DNA of 64,000 bases, from NCBI GenBank assembly GCA_964291655.2, contig OZ219802.1, forward strand, positions 1,504,001-1,568,000, given 5' to 3'. The notes below the pieces were generated by a model. That model was not told where the DNA came from. It saw only the letters and a list, made by a program, of their open reading frames with translations, and made no database searches. The stretch's first letter is position 1; each line of letters starts with the position of its first letter. Made by a program: the position numbers and the translations under genes. This DNA is from Chloroflexota bacterium (GTDB taxonomy: Bacteria > Chloroflexota > UBA11872 > VXOZ01). Below are positions 30,723 to 40,871 of the stretch, piece by piece.

Positions 30723-31633
30723 TGCGCTTCCCCTTCCTCCGCGGTGATCTTAAGGAAGTAGTTCTCCAGCGAGTCTTGGCCGGAGGTCATTTCAGTTAGG
30801 TAGATGTCGGCCCGGCTCAGGGCAGCACTCACGTCAGCCGCGCGCTCCGGCGACGCGGAGACAAGCACGAATCCGTTTTCGACTCTTGCCTCCTCGACCC
30901 AGTCCAAAGCCGTCAGCACGTTGACCGCCTCATTATTGTCGGTGGTGCGCAAACGGATTTGCCCGCGTCCTTTCAGCAGTTCGGCCACCGACCCCTGCGC
31001 GATCAGCTTGCCCTTGGAGAGAATCACCACGCTATCGCACACCTGTTCAACCTCGTTGAGCAGGTGACTCGAAAGAAAGACCGTGCGGTCCTTAGTCCCC
31101 AGGCTGCGGATTAGTCCGCGCATCTCGGCCATGCCGGCGGGGTCCATGCCGTTGGTGGGTTCGTCCAGGAAGAGTAGCTCCGGATCGCCTAAGAGCGCGT
31201 AGGCCAAACCCAGTCGCTGCTTCATGCCCAATGAGTACGTGTGGAAGCGGTCATCGGCGCGGTCCGCCAGGTTAACTTGCTCGAGCAGACCGTCGAGTTC
31301 CGACGCCGTCCCTCGCCCCAAGATGCCCTGGAAATAAGCGAGGTTTTGGCGGCCCGTGAGGTACGGATAGAACGTCGGGGTCTCGACGATAGCGCCGACG
31401 CGGCGCAGGGATGCTTGATGGTTGGTATGCGTGCCGAACAGGCTGAAGCTCCCAGCAGTCGGTCGCACGAGACCCAGCAGCATGCCCATGGTGGTGGTCT
31501 TGCCAGAGCCATTGGGGCCTAGCAGACCGAAGACATGCCCGCGCGGAACCGTCAGCGAGAGATCATCCACGGCAAGGATGCTGCCGTACCTCTTCGAGAG
31601 ACCCTCCGTCTGAACGACGGGGTTAGAGTCCAT
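30719..31633 (-). CDS. ABC transporter ATP-binding protein (BcrA-like)
   Basis: GPNGSGKTT, YSLGMKQR, LDEPTNG and SSH. Confidence 0.95.
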   Translation of the reverse strand: MDSNPVVQTEGLSKRYGSILAVDDLSLTVPRGHVFGLLGPNGSGKTTTMGMLLGLVRPTAGSFSLFGTHTNHQASLRRVGAIVETPTFYPYLTGRQNLAYFQGILGRGTASELDGLLEQVNLADRADDRFHTYSLGMKQRLGLAYALLGDPELLFLDEPTNGMDPAGMAEMRGLIRSLGTKDRTVFLSSHLLNEVEQVCDSVVILSKGKLIAQGSVAELLKGRGQIRLRTTDNNEAVNVLTALDWVEEARVENGFVLVSASPERAADVSAALSRADIYLTEMTSGQDSLENYFLKITAEEGEAQ

Positions 31634-32073
31634 TTGGGTTTCCCTCCACTCGTGTTTGCGTAGATGCGAGAACGCGCTTGGCCGGACCTACGTCCGCTCC
31701 AGACTGTAGCGGTTTCGCTACCCTCCTAACCGCATGTTTAGCATTCTATACCTTCTGGAAAGTATAGCGCACCTTTTTGAAGAATGCAACTTATATTTTA
31801 GTAACTATCACTATTCTTGAGAAGAATTGGTAATTAACTGAGATTATTGTTTCATTACGCTCAAATCAGAACTTCATGCACGGGCTTGTGTGGGACCGCG
31901 TGGTTAGCGTTTACCGCACGTTTGCCATGCGGGTGTCGCCGGTATGCGTCAGCACTGCGGAGTGCACACGAGGGAGGGGAACGGGAATGCGGCGAGAAGC
32001 TCGCGGCGCGGGTTGCGAGGGATATCGTCAGCGAGGCGAGGCAGCGCTCATAGGACGTCAGTCGGAAATAGAA

Positions 32074-33645
32074 TTACCCTCGCCGGAGCGCCCGGCCCGG
32101 ACGCGCGCCGGTGGGGGCGCCGTCTGCGATGACGGGTGTGCCGTTGACGAGCACGTGCTCGATGCCGTCCGGGTATTGCCGTGGGTTGTCGAACGTGGAC
32201 CGGTCAATGACGGTAGCGGGGTCGAAGACCACAATATCCGCGGCCATGCCGTTGCGGATGATGCCGCGGTCGCTCAGCCTAAAGCGCTGCGCCGGGAAGC
32301 CGGTAAAACGCCGGATGGCGTCTTCCAGCGTAAAGAGCCCGAGTTCGCGGGTATAGTGGCCGAGGAAGCGCGGGTACGTGCCGTAGGCGCGGGGGTGCGG
32401 CGAACTGCCCATCATGATGGCGTCGGTGGACCCCATGTGCGCGGGATGTTGGATAATCGCCTGTACGTCGGCCTCATTGCCGAAGTGGAACGTAAAGCCA
32501 AGTTCCAACGCGGTCTCGTCTAGGAGCCTGAGCAGCAGCGCGTCGGGGGCTTCGCCAACCTCATCGGCCACGTCCGCCAGGCGGCGGCCTTCCCAATCGC
32601 TGTAACGTTCCGGGCCGATGTGTGTAATCTGCATGCGGGCGTAGAAGTCGCGCTCGCGGCCTTCAATCTCGTCGAGGATTTGCGCCATGACGTTTGGCGA
32701 GCGCACGCGCTTCAACATGGCGTGTGGCCCATCGGCGCCCATCCAAAGCGGTAAAACGAACATGCCGGTGGTTGAGCCGGCGGGATAGCAATAGGCGTCG
32801 TAGGTCACGTCCAGACCTTCGGCGCGGGCCGCATCCACCAGCGCAAGCCGCTGGCTGCTCAATCCCCAGGTATGCACGCCGGAGATGAGGTAGTGGGCGA
32901 TGTGCACCGGGATGTCGGCCTGGCGCGCCACATCCAGCGTTTCGTGCACCGGGTCCAGGAATTGATCGCCCAGGTGGTAGCGCATGTGCGTGTTGTACAC
33001 GCCGCCGTAGGCGGCAACGGCCTGGCTGATGGCGACGAGTTCTTCCAGCCCACAGAATACGTGCGGGTGGTACGAGAGGCCGGTGGCAAAGCCCACGCAG
33101 CCCTGTTCCATGGCTTCCGCCGCCAGACGCGCCATCTGCTTCAGGTCATCCTCGTGAGCGGGGGAATTCTCCCAGCCAAGCACGGCCAACCGCAGCGCAT
33201 TATGCGGCACTTGAAAGGCCACGTTGACGGCAACTTTGCCGTCGAAGCGGTCCAAGTACTCGGGGATTGTCCGCCAAGGCTCCACGTCTTGGGGCAGATC
33301 GCCATTGATGGCGTGGTAAAGCTGTGTGGTCTCGCGCAAGTGCTTGCGCGACATGGGCGCGTAGCCGATACCGTCGGAGCCGAGAATCTCGGTGGTGATG
33401 CCCTGCGCGACTTTGGGGGTGTGGTCTGGTTCGCGCAGGAGGATCAGATCGGAGTGATTGTGGACATCGATGAAGCCGGGACAGATTACTCTTCCTTTGG
33501 CATCGATCTCGGACTCTGCGGTAGAAGAAGCCAAGCGTCCGACGGCGGTAATGCGGCCTTGGCAAATACCCACGTCGGCCCGAAACCAGGGATTTCCCAG
33601 CCCGTCTACGACACGGCCGTTGCGAATGAGGAGGTCGAAATTCAT
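32074..33645 (-). CDS. N-acyl-D-amino-acid deacylase (D-aminoacylase)
   Basis: CPGFIDVHNHSD, HPRAYGTYPR, ADIVVFDP and VLVNG. Confidence 0.92.
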   Translation of the reverse strand: MNFDLLIRNGRVVDGLGNPWFRADVGICQGRITAVGRLASSTAESEIDAKGRVICPGFIDVHNHSDLILLREPDHTPKVAQGITTEILGSDGIGYAPMSRKHLRETTQLYHAINGDLPQDVEPWRTIPEYLDRFDGKVAVNVAFQVPHNALRLAVLGWENSPAHEDDLKQMARLAAEAMEQGCVGFATGLSYHPHVFCGLEELVAISQAVAAYGGVYNTHMRYHLGDQFLDPVHETLDVARQADIPVHIAHYLISGVHTWGLSSQRLALVDAARAEGLDVTYDAYCYPAGSTTGMFVLPLWMGADGPHAMLKRVRSPNVMAQILDEIEGRERDFYARMQITHIGPERYSDWEGRRLADVADEVGEAPDALLLRLLDETALELGFTFHFGNEADVQAIIQHPAHMGSTDAIMMGSSPHPRAYGTYPRFLGHYTRELGLFTLEDAIRRFTGFPAQRFRLSDRGIIRNGMAADIVVFDPATVIDRSTFDNPRQYPDGIEHVLVNGTPVIADGAPTGARPGRALRRG

Positions 33646-33724
33646 AGCCTATGCTCTACGATCAAAGACGATTGCTGTGAACCAACTCCGGTTGAATCCG
33701 CGGTACTGAAGAATATCAGCCGCA

Positions 33725-34072
33725 TTACGTGCGTGTGAGTGTCTTTTCCGACACCGGCTCGCCTTCATGCAAACCCTCGAGAAAAACCGCGTCCCGCATC
33801 ACCAAGTCGCGGGAGAAGGGTTTAAGCCCGCTCACGGTTATCACGTCTACTTTTCGCTGAAAATGATCATGCAGAAAGTCTTGGAGTCCGAAAAAGTTGT
33901 CAAGCGTAATTTGCCCGCGCGGAATGTCCACAACGATATCAATGTCGCTGTCGGCGCGCGCAGCGTTGCGGGCAACCGAACCAAAGACGGCGATGCGCCG
34001 CACGCCGAGCGTGCGCAGCGTCGAGCGGACCCTGAAGAGTTCCTCCAGAACGTATTCTCGTGTGGGAATCAT
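33725..34072 (-). CDS. Minimal nucleotidyltransferase (MNT) antitoxin
   Basis: FGSVAR...DSDID and RKVDVI. Confidence 0.88.
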   Translation of the reverse strand: MIPTREYVLEELFRVRSTLRTLGVRRIAVFGSVARNAARADSDIDIVVDIPRGQITLDNFFGLQDFLHDHFQRKVDVITVSGLKPFSRDLVMRDAVFLEGLHEGEPVSEKTLTRT

Positions 34073-34416
34073 GGTGCGCTTTCCAGCATTTCCTCTAGCA
34101 GCTCAAGCAGTCGCGGGGCGAACTCCACCGCTGCTCTCCAAACGATTTCATCTTCAATAGTCATATACCCGTGAACCAAGTGGTTGCGCATTCCCGATAG
34201 TCGCCGCAAGGGAATTTCCTGATGCTGTGCTTTGAGTTCATTGGAAACATGTTTCGCCGCCTCGCCAGTCAACTCAATCGACCGCTCCGTGGCCAAACGC
34301 AGCGGGAAGTTGTCCGCTGCGGTGTATTGTTCCAACGAAATTCCGGCAGTCAGGGCTTTGGCTTTTCGCAAGGCGTCCACCATGTGGCGCAAACGCGCAC
34401 GATCCTCATTCGTCAT
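34069..34416 (-). CDS. HEPN (DUF86/HepT-like) toxin
   Basis: ER.IE..GEAAK and MRNHLVHGY (RxxxxHxY). Overlaps the MNT start by 4 bp. Confidence 0.88.
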   Translation of the reverse strand: MTNEDRARLRHMVDALRKAKALTAGISLEQYTAADNFPLRLATERSIELTGEAAKHVSNELKAQHQEIPLRRLSGMRNHLVHGYMTIEDEIVWRAAVEFAPRLLELLEEMLESAP

Positions 34417-34514
34417 GTCCAGTGCCAAGCTTAGCCCTGTCACTAGGGATAGAAATACTCTCCTACCTAGGATACCATTCAGGAAGTGCTGTGCTCTGCA
34501 AGTGCCGAGATTCG

Positions 34515-35483
34515 CTACGGCAAATACTGCTTCGGAAACTTCGCAACCACGGTGAAATTCGGATCCACCACGTTGCCGACGCGGGTGCGGCCCACCTGGG
34601 AAACTACCTGAAAAGCGTCCCACAGATCGAACCCGTAGTCGCTGGCGAGCCAGCGGATCAGTTCCACGTGGGCAATCTTATAGGCGTCCATGAGCGGACG
34701 CGCGTTGGCCGCGACCATGATCCACTCGTCGTTCTCAAAGCGCGGCCAGTGTATCGGGCCACCGCTCTTGATTACTTCGACTTCCACCTCCACTTCTGCC
34801 GTTGTTTCCAGCGCCACACCGCAGAGTTCGCCGTCGCCCTGGGCGGCGTGCACGTCGGCAAATTGCAGGTATGCGCCCTTCACGAATACCGGCAGATAGA
34901 CTGTCGTGCCAGGCCCGGTCTCCACGCAATCCATGTTGCCGCCGTGGTGGGCGGATGAGAGCGTGCTGATGTGCTCGCCGAAGCGCGGGGCCACGCCGAT
35001 ACAGCCCAGGAATGGCTGGCACGGGATGGTGATGCTGCCGAGTTTGCTCTCCGGCAAGTCCAGCGTCGCCATCTGGCTTTCGAGGTCGATATCCCAGTGG
35101 TAGTACTTCTGCGGCAGCGGCTCGTTGAGACCGGTCGGCCCGCCGGGATAGTCCTCCACCCCCAGGTTCCCAAACCCGGGATTGAAGCGCGAAAAGGCCC
35201 AGTCGCGGTTCAGGTCTACCCGCAGGATGCGGACACGCAAGACGTCGCCCACTTCGGCCTCTTCCACGTAGTAGGGGCCGACCTGCGGGTTGGCCTGGCG
35301 GAACTCAGTGTCGGCGCGGGAATAGCGGAGTTCCTCCGGCAACTGCTCGCCATTGCTGTCCCAATGACCGGCATCCACCGTCTTGGCGATAACGCGGTCG
35401 CCAGAGTCTATACGCAGCGCCGGATCGTGCGGGGCAAACGTATAGTAATAGATGTTCGGCTCGTGTCGGTGTACGGTAGCCAT
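34515..35483 (-). CDS. Acetamidase/formamidase family protein
   Basis: GPYYVEEAEVGD, PFLGCIGVAP, HGGNMD and DVHAAQGDGELCG. Confidence 0.9.
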   Translation of the reverse strand: MATVHRHEPNIYYYTFAPHDPALRIDSGDRVIAKTVDAGHWDSNGEQLPEELRYSRADTEFRQANPQVGPYYVEEAEVGDVLRVRILRVDLNRDWAFSRFNPGFGNLGVEDYPGGPTGLNEPLPQKYYHWDIDLESQMATLDLPESKLGSITIPCQPFLGCIGVAPRFGEHISTLSSAHHGGNMDCVETGPGTTVYLPVFVKGAYLQFADVHAAQGDGELCGVALETTAEVEVEVEVIKSGGPIHWPRFENDEWIMVAANARPLMDAYKIAHVELIRWLASDYGFDLWDAFQVVSQVGRTRVGNVVDPNFTVVAKFPKQYLP

Positions 35484-35511
35484 GCGACGCTCCTTTCATT
35501 GAATGTGCGGG

Positions 35512-37152
35512 TTAGCCGCCCATGTGTCGATACTCGTCTACGTTAATCTCAACTGCTACGAGCGCAGGCTGGTCTTGCGCCAGTGCTTCCTGGATTTTGG
35601 CGGCGCACTCGTCTTCTCGCTGAATGTGGAATGCGGTCAAGCCGAACGCGGCGGCGAGCTGCATGTAGTCAGTGAATCCAAAGTCGTTCTCGATGCCTGC
35701 ATATCCCCGCTCTTCCGACTTCATGCGGATCAAGGCCAACGTGGAGTCGACGAAGACGACAATGACGAACGGCGAGCTGCTCTCAGGCGCCAGGCGCTTC
35801 ACGGTCTCCAGCTCACCGGCATACATGAGCAACCCGCCGTCGCCGGTGACGCAGACCACCGGACGCTCAGGGTCGCAGAGCCTGGCGGCCAAAGCCGCCG
35901 GGACACCAAAGCCCATGGTCGAAAGGCCGTTGGAAACGAGGAATGTCTGGGGTTGCGTGCTCTGCCACATTTGGCACGCGAGCAGTTTGTGCGATCCGAC
36001 GTCGCAGGCAAAGACCGTTTCCGGCGGCGTCAATGCGCGGAGCGTCGAGAGCAGGACTTGTGGGGGCACGCCCGTTTCGCCGCCCGTGCGTTTTGGCGCC
36101 AAGCGCTGCCGGATCTTCTCGCGGCAGGCTGCCGCCGCGCGCGCCCCCCAGTCTCCCTGATGGGAGAGTTCGGGCGTGAGCATGCGCACGGTGGATTCTA
36201 AATCGCCAACGAGCACGTAGTCTGCCGCAAAAGCTGAATCGACCTCAGTATGCGGGTGGATGGCAATCGTGGTCGCCTCTGTCTGCCAGGGATGGATGAA
36301 GTCGGAACCGTCCAAACCGACCGCCAGGATGCAATCGGCCTGATCGAGGAATTCATCAACGATGGCATAGCCGTATACGCTGTGAATCCCGGCAAACAAC
36401 GGGTGGCCCTCAGGAAAGACACCCTTGCTCATGGGCATATTGATCACCGGCGCGCCCCATTGCTCTGCCAGCGCGACAATAGATTCTTGACTGAGACGAT
36501 GATTGGTTTCCAGTCCCAGGACTACCACCGGCGCGTCGCAGGTCGTGAGACGCGCCAGCGCGGTATGGGGCAGCGGCGCGGCGTCCAAGACACCGAGAGG
36601 GCGTGCCGAGGCGTGTAAAGGCATTGCGGCCAGGGGCTGGCGCGCCACGGCAGCCGGTAGCGCGAGATGAACCGGACCGGGACGCCCTTGCGCCGCCACC
36701 GCCCACGCATAGGCCAGCGCATCCGCCACGTTGGCGGGGGTCAGGCGCACGTTCCATTTGGTGATGGGCCGCAGAAGCTCCAGCAACGGTGCATTCTGAT
36801 GGGTAGCAAACTCCACGGTAGGGTCTTCAAAGTCAGCAGTGATCACGATGACCGGAAGCCGTGCCAGATACGCGTCGGCAACGGCATTGATCATATTCGT
36901 AGCGCCGGGTCCCAGGGTGGTGAGAAGAACTGATGGAACGCCGGTCACAAAGGCGGTGTTCTGCGCCAAGAAAGCGGCGGTATTTTCGTGGTGGACGAGC
37001 TGGAATTCTACGTGTTCAGCGTAGCAGGCGTTGATGAGATCGACGTTCTCACCGCCGGTGACGCCCCAGAAGCGTTGAATGCCCTGCTGACGGAGAAATC
37101 TGGCAATATACGCCGCGACCGTGAGTTCTGAATTCTGTTGGGCTGCAGCCAT
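35512..37152 (-). CDS. Thiamine diphosphate-dependent enzyme (acetolactate synthase large subunit-like)
   Basis: HHENTAAF, TLGPGATN, GRPGPVHL, SNGLSTMGFGVP and GDGG. Confidence 0.9.
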   Translation of the reverse strand: MAAAQQNSELTVAAYIARFLRQQGIQRFWGVTGGENVDLINACYAEHVEFQLVHHENTAAFLAQNTAFVTGVPSVLLTTLGPGATNMINAVADAYLARLPVIVITADFEDPTVEFATHQNAPLLELLRPITKWNVRLTPANVADALAYAWAVAAQGRPGPVHLALPAAVARQPLAAMPLHASARPLGVLDAAPLPHTALARLTTCDAPVVVLGLETNHRLSQESIVALAEQWGAPVINMPMSKGVFPEGHPLFAGIHSVYGYAIVDEFLDQADCILAVGLDGSDFIHPWQTEATTIAIHPHTEVDSAFAADYVLVGDLESTVRMLTPELSHQGDWGARAAAACREKIRQRLAPKRTGGETGVPPQVLLSTLRALTPPETVFACDVGSHKLLACQMWQSTQPQTFLVSNGLSTMGFGVPAALAARLCDPERPVVCVTGDGGLLMYAGELETVKRLAPESSSPFVIVVFVDSTLALIRMKSEERGYAGIENDFGFTDYMQLAAAFGLTAFHIQREDECAAKIQEALAQDQPALVAVEINVDEYRHMGG

Positions 37153-37319
37153 GAGGGTACGTGAAATGGTGTTAGGATAGTGAGTGAGTTCTCTCCCTAG
37201 CTTGCGCGTCACTATGCACCTTGTCAACTTGCCTCTGCGAGCGCGCAAGTCACTTGAGACATGCCGCACGAGTCAGTAGTATAGCCCTACAACCTCAGAG
37301 AGTTTAAGGAGTTCAATCT

Positions 37320-37772
37320 ATGCGTGTCGTCTTGCTAAAGAACGTGCCGGACCTTGGTCAGGCCGGCGAAGTGAAGGATGTTGCCGACGGTCACGCGCGC
37401 AATTTCCTCATCCCGCGCGGCTTTGCCCAAAAGGCAACCAAGGGCTCCGAGCGCTTGTGGGATGAACAACAGGCCGCCACGGTGCGGCGCGCGGCGACGG
37501 AACGGCAGGAGGCCGCGGAGACTGCTGCCAAGCTCAGCGGCTCGACCATCGTCGTCACAGCGCGCGCCGGTGAACAAGATCGTCTGTACGGCTCGGTCAC
37601 CGGTCAGCAGATTGCCTCGGCAATCAAGGAACAGACGGAAATCGAGATCGATCGGCATGCGCTTGAATTGGAGCAGCCAATTCGTGACCTCGGCACCTTT
37701 ACGGTTTCGATCAAGCTCGGACACGCCGTAGAAGCGGCGATCTCAGTGGAAGTGCAAAAAGAGGAAGTGTAA
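37320..37772 (+). CDS. rplI: 50S ribosomal protein L9
   Basis: MRVVLLKNV..LG..GEVKDVADGHARNFLIP and LYGSVT; followed by dnaB. Confidence 0.96.
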   Translation: MRVVLLKNVPDLGQAGEVKDVADGHARNFLIPRGFAQKATKGSERLWDEQQAATVRRAATERQEAAETAAKLSGSTIVVTARAGEQDRLYGSVTGQQIASAIKEQTEIEIDRHALELEQPIRDLGTFTVSIKLGHAVEAAISVEVQKEEV

Positions 37773-39146
37773 GTGGCGTCCGACTTCATCGCCAACTCCA
37801 GCACCGGACGCCTGCCGCCGCAAAACATTGAGGCGGAACAAGCGGTATTGGGCAGCATGCTCATCGATCCCGAGGCCATAGAGCGTGTGGCACAGTTCTT
37901 GCAGCCTGAAGACTTCTACCGGGAAGCGCACCAACACATCTACCGGGCAGGACTTACCCTGTACGAGCGCCGGGAGCCGACGGACTTTGTGACTATCTGC
38001 GATGAGTTGAACCGCAATTCTCTCATTGAAGAAGTCGGCAACGAGACCTATGTGGCATCCCTTGCCAACGTCACCCCGACGTCGGTGCACGCGGAACATT
38101 ACGGGCACATCGTCGAGCGGCACGCGGTGATGCGGCGTATTATCAGCGCCGCCGCCGAGGTCGCGGCGATTGGGTACGACACGCAGCTTGACGTGGAAGA
38201 TGCCATGGACAAGGTTGAGCAGGTGCTCTTCAGTCTTGCGCGACACGCCACGGACCAGGACTTCATCCACATTCGACCGGTAGTGGACGAATACTGGGAG
38301 AAGCTAACGGGCGCCCGGCAGGGAGAGCAGCCTGCGCCCGGCGTCCGCTCCGGCTTCCGCGGCCTCGACCGCCTGACGGCCGGGCTGCAACGCTCGGACC
38401 TGATCATCATCGCAGGTCGGCCATCCACCGGCAAGACGACCTTAGCGCTCAACGTTGCGAGCAGTCTTGCCATCTTGGAACCACACGTGCCGGTGGGAAT
38501 CTTTAGCTTGGAAATGTCTGCCGAGCAGCTCGCACAAAGGTTTCTCTGTATGCTCGCCCGAGTTGATTCTCACCGACTTCGCTTAGGCGAATTGAACGAA
38601 CGCGAATGGGAAGAGCTCGGCAGCATGGTAGGGGCTCTCACCGAAGCCCCGATTTTTGTGGATGACAGCGGGTTTCTCAACATCATGGATCTGCGCACGA
38701 AAGCGCGGCGGCTCCAAGCACGAGCAAACATCGGCCTGCTCATCGTGGACTACCTGCAACTGATTCAGGGACGCCGTGGAGGCGAGAACCGCGTGCAGGA
38801 AATCTCTGAGATTTCACGCTCGCTCAAAGCCCTAGCGCGTGAACTCAACATACCCGTGATTGCGCTTTCCCAGCTTTCACGCGCAGTTGAACAGCGGGAA
38901 AACCACCGCCCTATGCTCTCGGACCTGCGCGAATCGGGCGCTCTGGAACAGGATTCAGACCTAGTGATGTTCATCTACCGCGACGAACTGTACGACGAAG
39001 ACACCCCCCGCAAGGGGGAGGCGGACATCATCGTGGCAAAGCACCGGAACGGTCCCACGGGAACGGTAACGCTGAACTTTCTGGAACAGTATTTCGCGTT
39101 TGAAGACAGGCAGGAACAACAGAAGACAAACGGCGCGCCATTCTAA
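37773..39146 (+). CDS. dnaB: Replicative DNA helicase
   Basis: PPQNIEAEQAVLG, GRPSTGKT, VDYLQL, SQLSR, DLRESG.LEQD and KHRNGPTG; no intein. Confidence 0.97.
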   Translation: MASDFIANSSTGRLPPQNIEAEQAVLGSMLIDPEAIERVAQFLQPEDFYREAHQHIYRAGLTLYERREPTDFVTICDELNRNSLIEEVGNETYVASLANVTPTSVHAEHYGHIVERHAVMRRIISAAAEVAAIGYDTQLDVEDAMDKVEQVLFSLARHATDQDFIHIRPVVDEYWEKLTGARQGEQPAPGVRSGFRGLDRLTAGLQRSDLIIIAGRPSTGKTTLALNVASSLAILEPHVPVGIFSLEMSAEQLAQRFLCMLARVDSHRLRLGELNEREWEELGSMVGALTEAPIFVDDSGFLNIMDLRTKARRLQARANIGLLIVDYLQLIQGRRGGENRVQEISEISRSLKALARELNIPVIALSQLSRAVEQRENHRPMLSDLRESGALEQDSDLVMFIYRDELYDEDTPRKGEADIIVAKHRNGPTGTVTLNFLEQYFAFEDRQEQQKTNGAPF

Positions 39147-39614
39147 CGAGCATTCTTGTTGCGATTGGGTGGATCGAGCGGGTGGAATTGGCAAGGTGCG
39201 TTTTCCTTGCCTCTGCCGCATAGGCTCGTGCGAATCAGGGCCCGTGCGCAGCCCTTGGATTCTTGCACATTGCAGTGCCCCCAACTGCAAAGAAATAAAA
39301 GACCGGAAACGGTAGATTCTGGCTTACCTGCTCCGTTGTGCTGAAGTACATGTCATTCCTGTAAATGTTGAGTAATTCGTTGACAGAATTCTCTCCCCAA
39401 TTGGCAGTGCTGACAGATCATGTCATTCCGAGCGATGCGTCGAACCCTGTTCGCGGAATCTAAAGTACATGCAACATGTCGCCAAATAGGCTCAACATCT
39501 TAGATTCCGCGCTCCGAGCGACTCTTCGCTGCGCCCCGTCGGCTGCGCGCTACGTCTCACAAGCCGCATACTTAGTCCTATAACTGCTACCTATCTAAAC
39601 GACAGTACACTCCT

Positions 39615-40409
39615 ATGAATACGATCCGCATCGGTCTGGCGCCATTGAGACAGCCGGAATCCGTGCTGCACGGCACCGAGAGAGTCGACGCCGTCCTCGC
39701 CAGGTGCGCCACTGAACAGGTTGCCATCGTGTGCTTTCCGGAAGCCTATCTGCCCGGACTGCGCGGCGCGAGCTTCGACCTGCCGCCGGTAGACCAAACC
39801 GTAATGGAGGCAGCGCTCAAGCGACTTCGCCAGTCCTGTAGGTCCCACCGTGTGGCCGCTATTGTCGGATTGGAATGGGTGAGCGAACTGGGGCTGGAAA
39901 ACCGCGCCGTGGTGATTTCCGCAGCCGGGCGGCTGCTAGGCTACCAGACGAAGAACCAGATCACGCCGGGCGGCGAATCGAGAAACTACGTGCCGGACGG
40001 GAAGCGGCGGGTTTTTCGTACCGCAGGAGCAGTCTTCGGCATCACGATCTGCCATGAGGGCTGGCGGTACCCGGAAACCGTACGCTGGCCCGCCGTGCGC
40101 GGCGCCCGCATTGTGTTTCAACCCCAGGTCACCGGCAGCGACAAGCAGGGCAATGTGCTTACTACATGGGGGGAGTCCTTCTACGAAAAGGCCATGCAGT
40201 GCCGTGCCGCAGAGAACGGCATCTACTTTGCCAGTGTCAACCAGGCGATGCGCTATCAAAATTCAGCCACAAGCCTCATCGACCCCAAGGGCAACCACAT
40301 GGCATCCGTTCCCTACGGCAAGGAAGGCCTGCTCATCGCCGACCTCGACCTATCCGAAGCATCGCGCTTCTACGCCCGGCGGTACAATCCTGACTGGTAT
40401 CCAGTTTAG
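39615..40409 (+). CDS. Carbon-nitrogen hydrolase (nitrilase superfamily)
   Basis: FPE, K and ICHE catalytic triad motifs. Confidence 0.88.
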   Translation: MNTIRIGLAPLRQPESVLHGTERVDAVLARCATEQVAIVCFPEAYLPGLRGASFDLPPVDQTVMEAALKRLRQSCRSHRVAAIVGLEWVSELGLENRAVVISAAGRLLGYQTKNQITPGGESRNYVPDGKRRVFRTAGAVFGITICHEGWRYPETVRWPAVRGARIVFQPQVTGSDKQGNVLTTWGESFYEKAMQCRAAENGIYFASVNQAMRYQNSATSLIDPKGNHMASVPYGKEGLLIADLDLSEASRFYARRYNPDWYPV

Positions 40410-40467
40410 GAAATGGCGCAATTTCAATCCGCAATTCAAGACTAGAGTTGCTGAATTGCAACGCGTG

Positions 40468-40513
40468 TTGAATTTCTTGATGCCACAATCTATAATGTTA
40501 CCTATGTGGTAAC
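40468..40513 (+). promoter_or_regulatory. Promoter and putative operator of the HigBA-like operon
   Basis: TTGAAT-N17-TATAAT (40468-40496) followed directly by the dyad GTTACC-N5-GGTAAC. Confidence 0.7.
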
Positions 40514-40529
40514 GACTTAGGAATCCTTT

Positions 40530-40865
40530 GTGGTTATAGTCTTTAAGTCTCGTAAGCTTGAGAAAACCTTCAATTCCCAGAAAAACCTTACAAAAGCGTA
40601 TGGAGTTCGTCTGGCTAGGGCGGTCATGGTGCGCATGGCAGTGCTTCGGAGATCCCAGACGTTGGCAAGAGTACCTACCACGCCTCCAGAACGCAGACAC
40701 CAGCTAATCGGACAGCGAAAGAATCAATTTGCGGTTGACCTTGTTCATCCGCACAGGCTCATATTCAAGCCAGCAAACGAGCCATTGCCTCAGGCAGAGG
40801 ATGGCGGGATTGACTTGAATCGTGTGACCGCAATCATGGTCCTCGATGTGGTTGATTATCACTGA
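40530..40865 (+). CDS. HigB/RelE-like toxin (killer-suppression type)
   Basis: F.SRKLEK, HQL.G.RK.QFAVDL.HP.RLIF.P and C-terminal DYH. Confidence 0.85.
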   Translation: MVIVFKSRKLEKTFNSQKNLTKAYGVRLARAVMVRMAVLRRSQTLARVPTTPPERRHQLIGQRKNQFAVDLVHPHRLIFKPANEPLPQAEDGGIDLNRVTAIMVLDVVDYH

Positions 40866-40871
40866 GCGGAG

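Noticed and set aside
31747-31768. CTATAC-N10-GTATAG dyad upstream of the ABC operon as an operator
   Set aside because: Plausible, but it is a single short dyad with no regulator gene nearby; too weak to call.
40496-40507. TGTTACCTATGT in the HigBA operator matches 12 bp of the MITE end motif
   Set aside because: It is a single short match without the rest of the site and is adequately explained by the operator dyad; likely chance.
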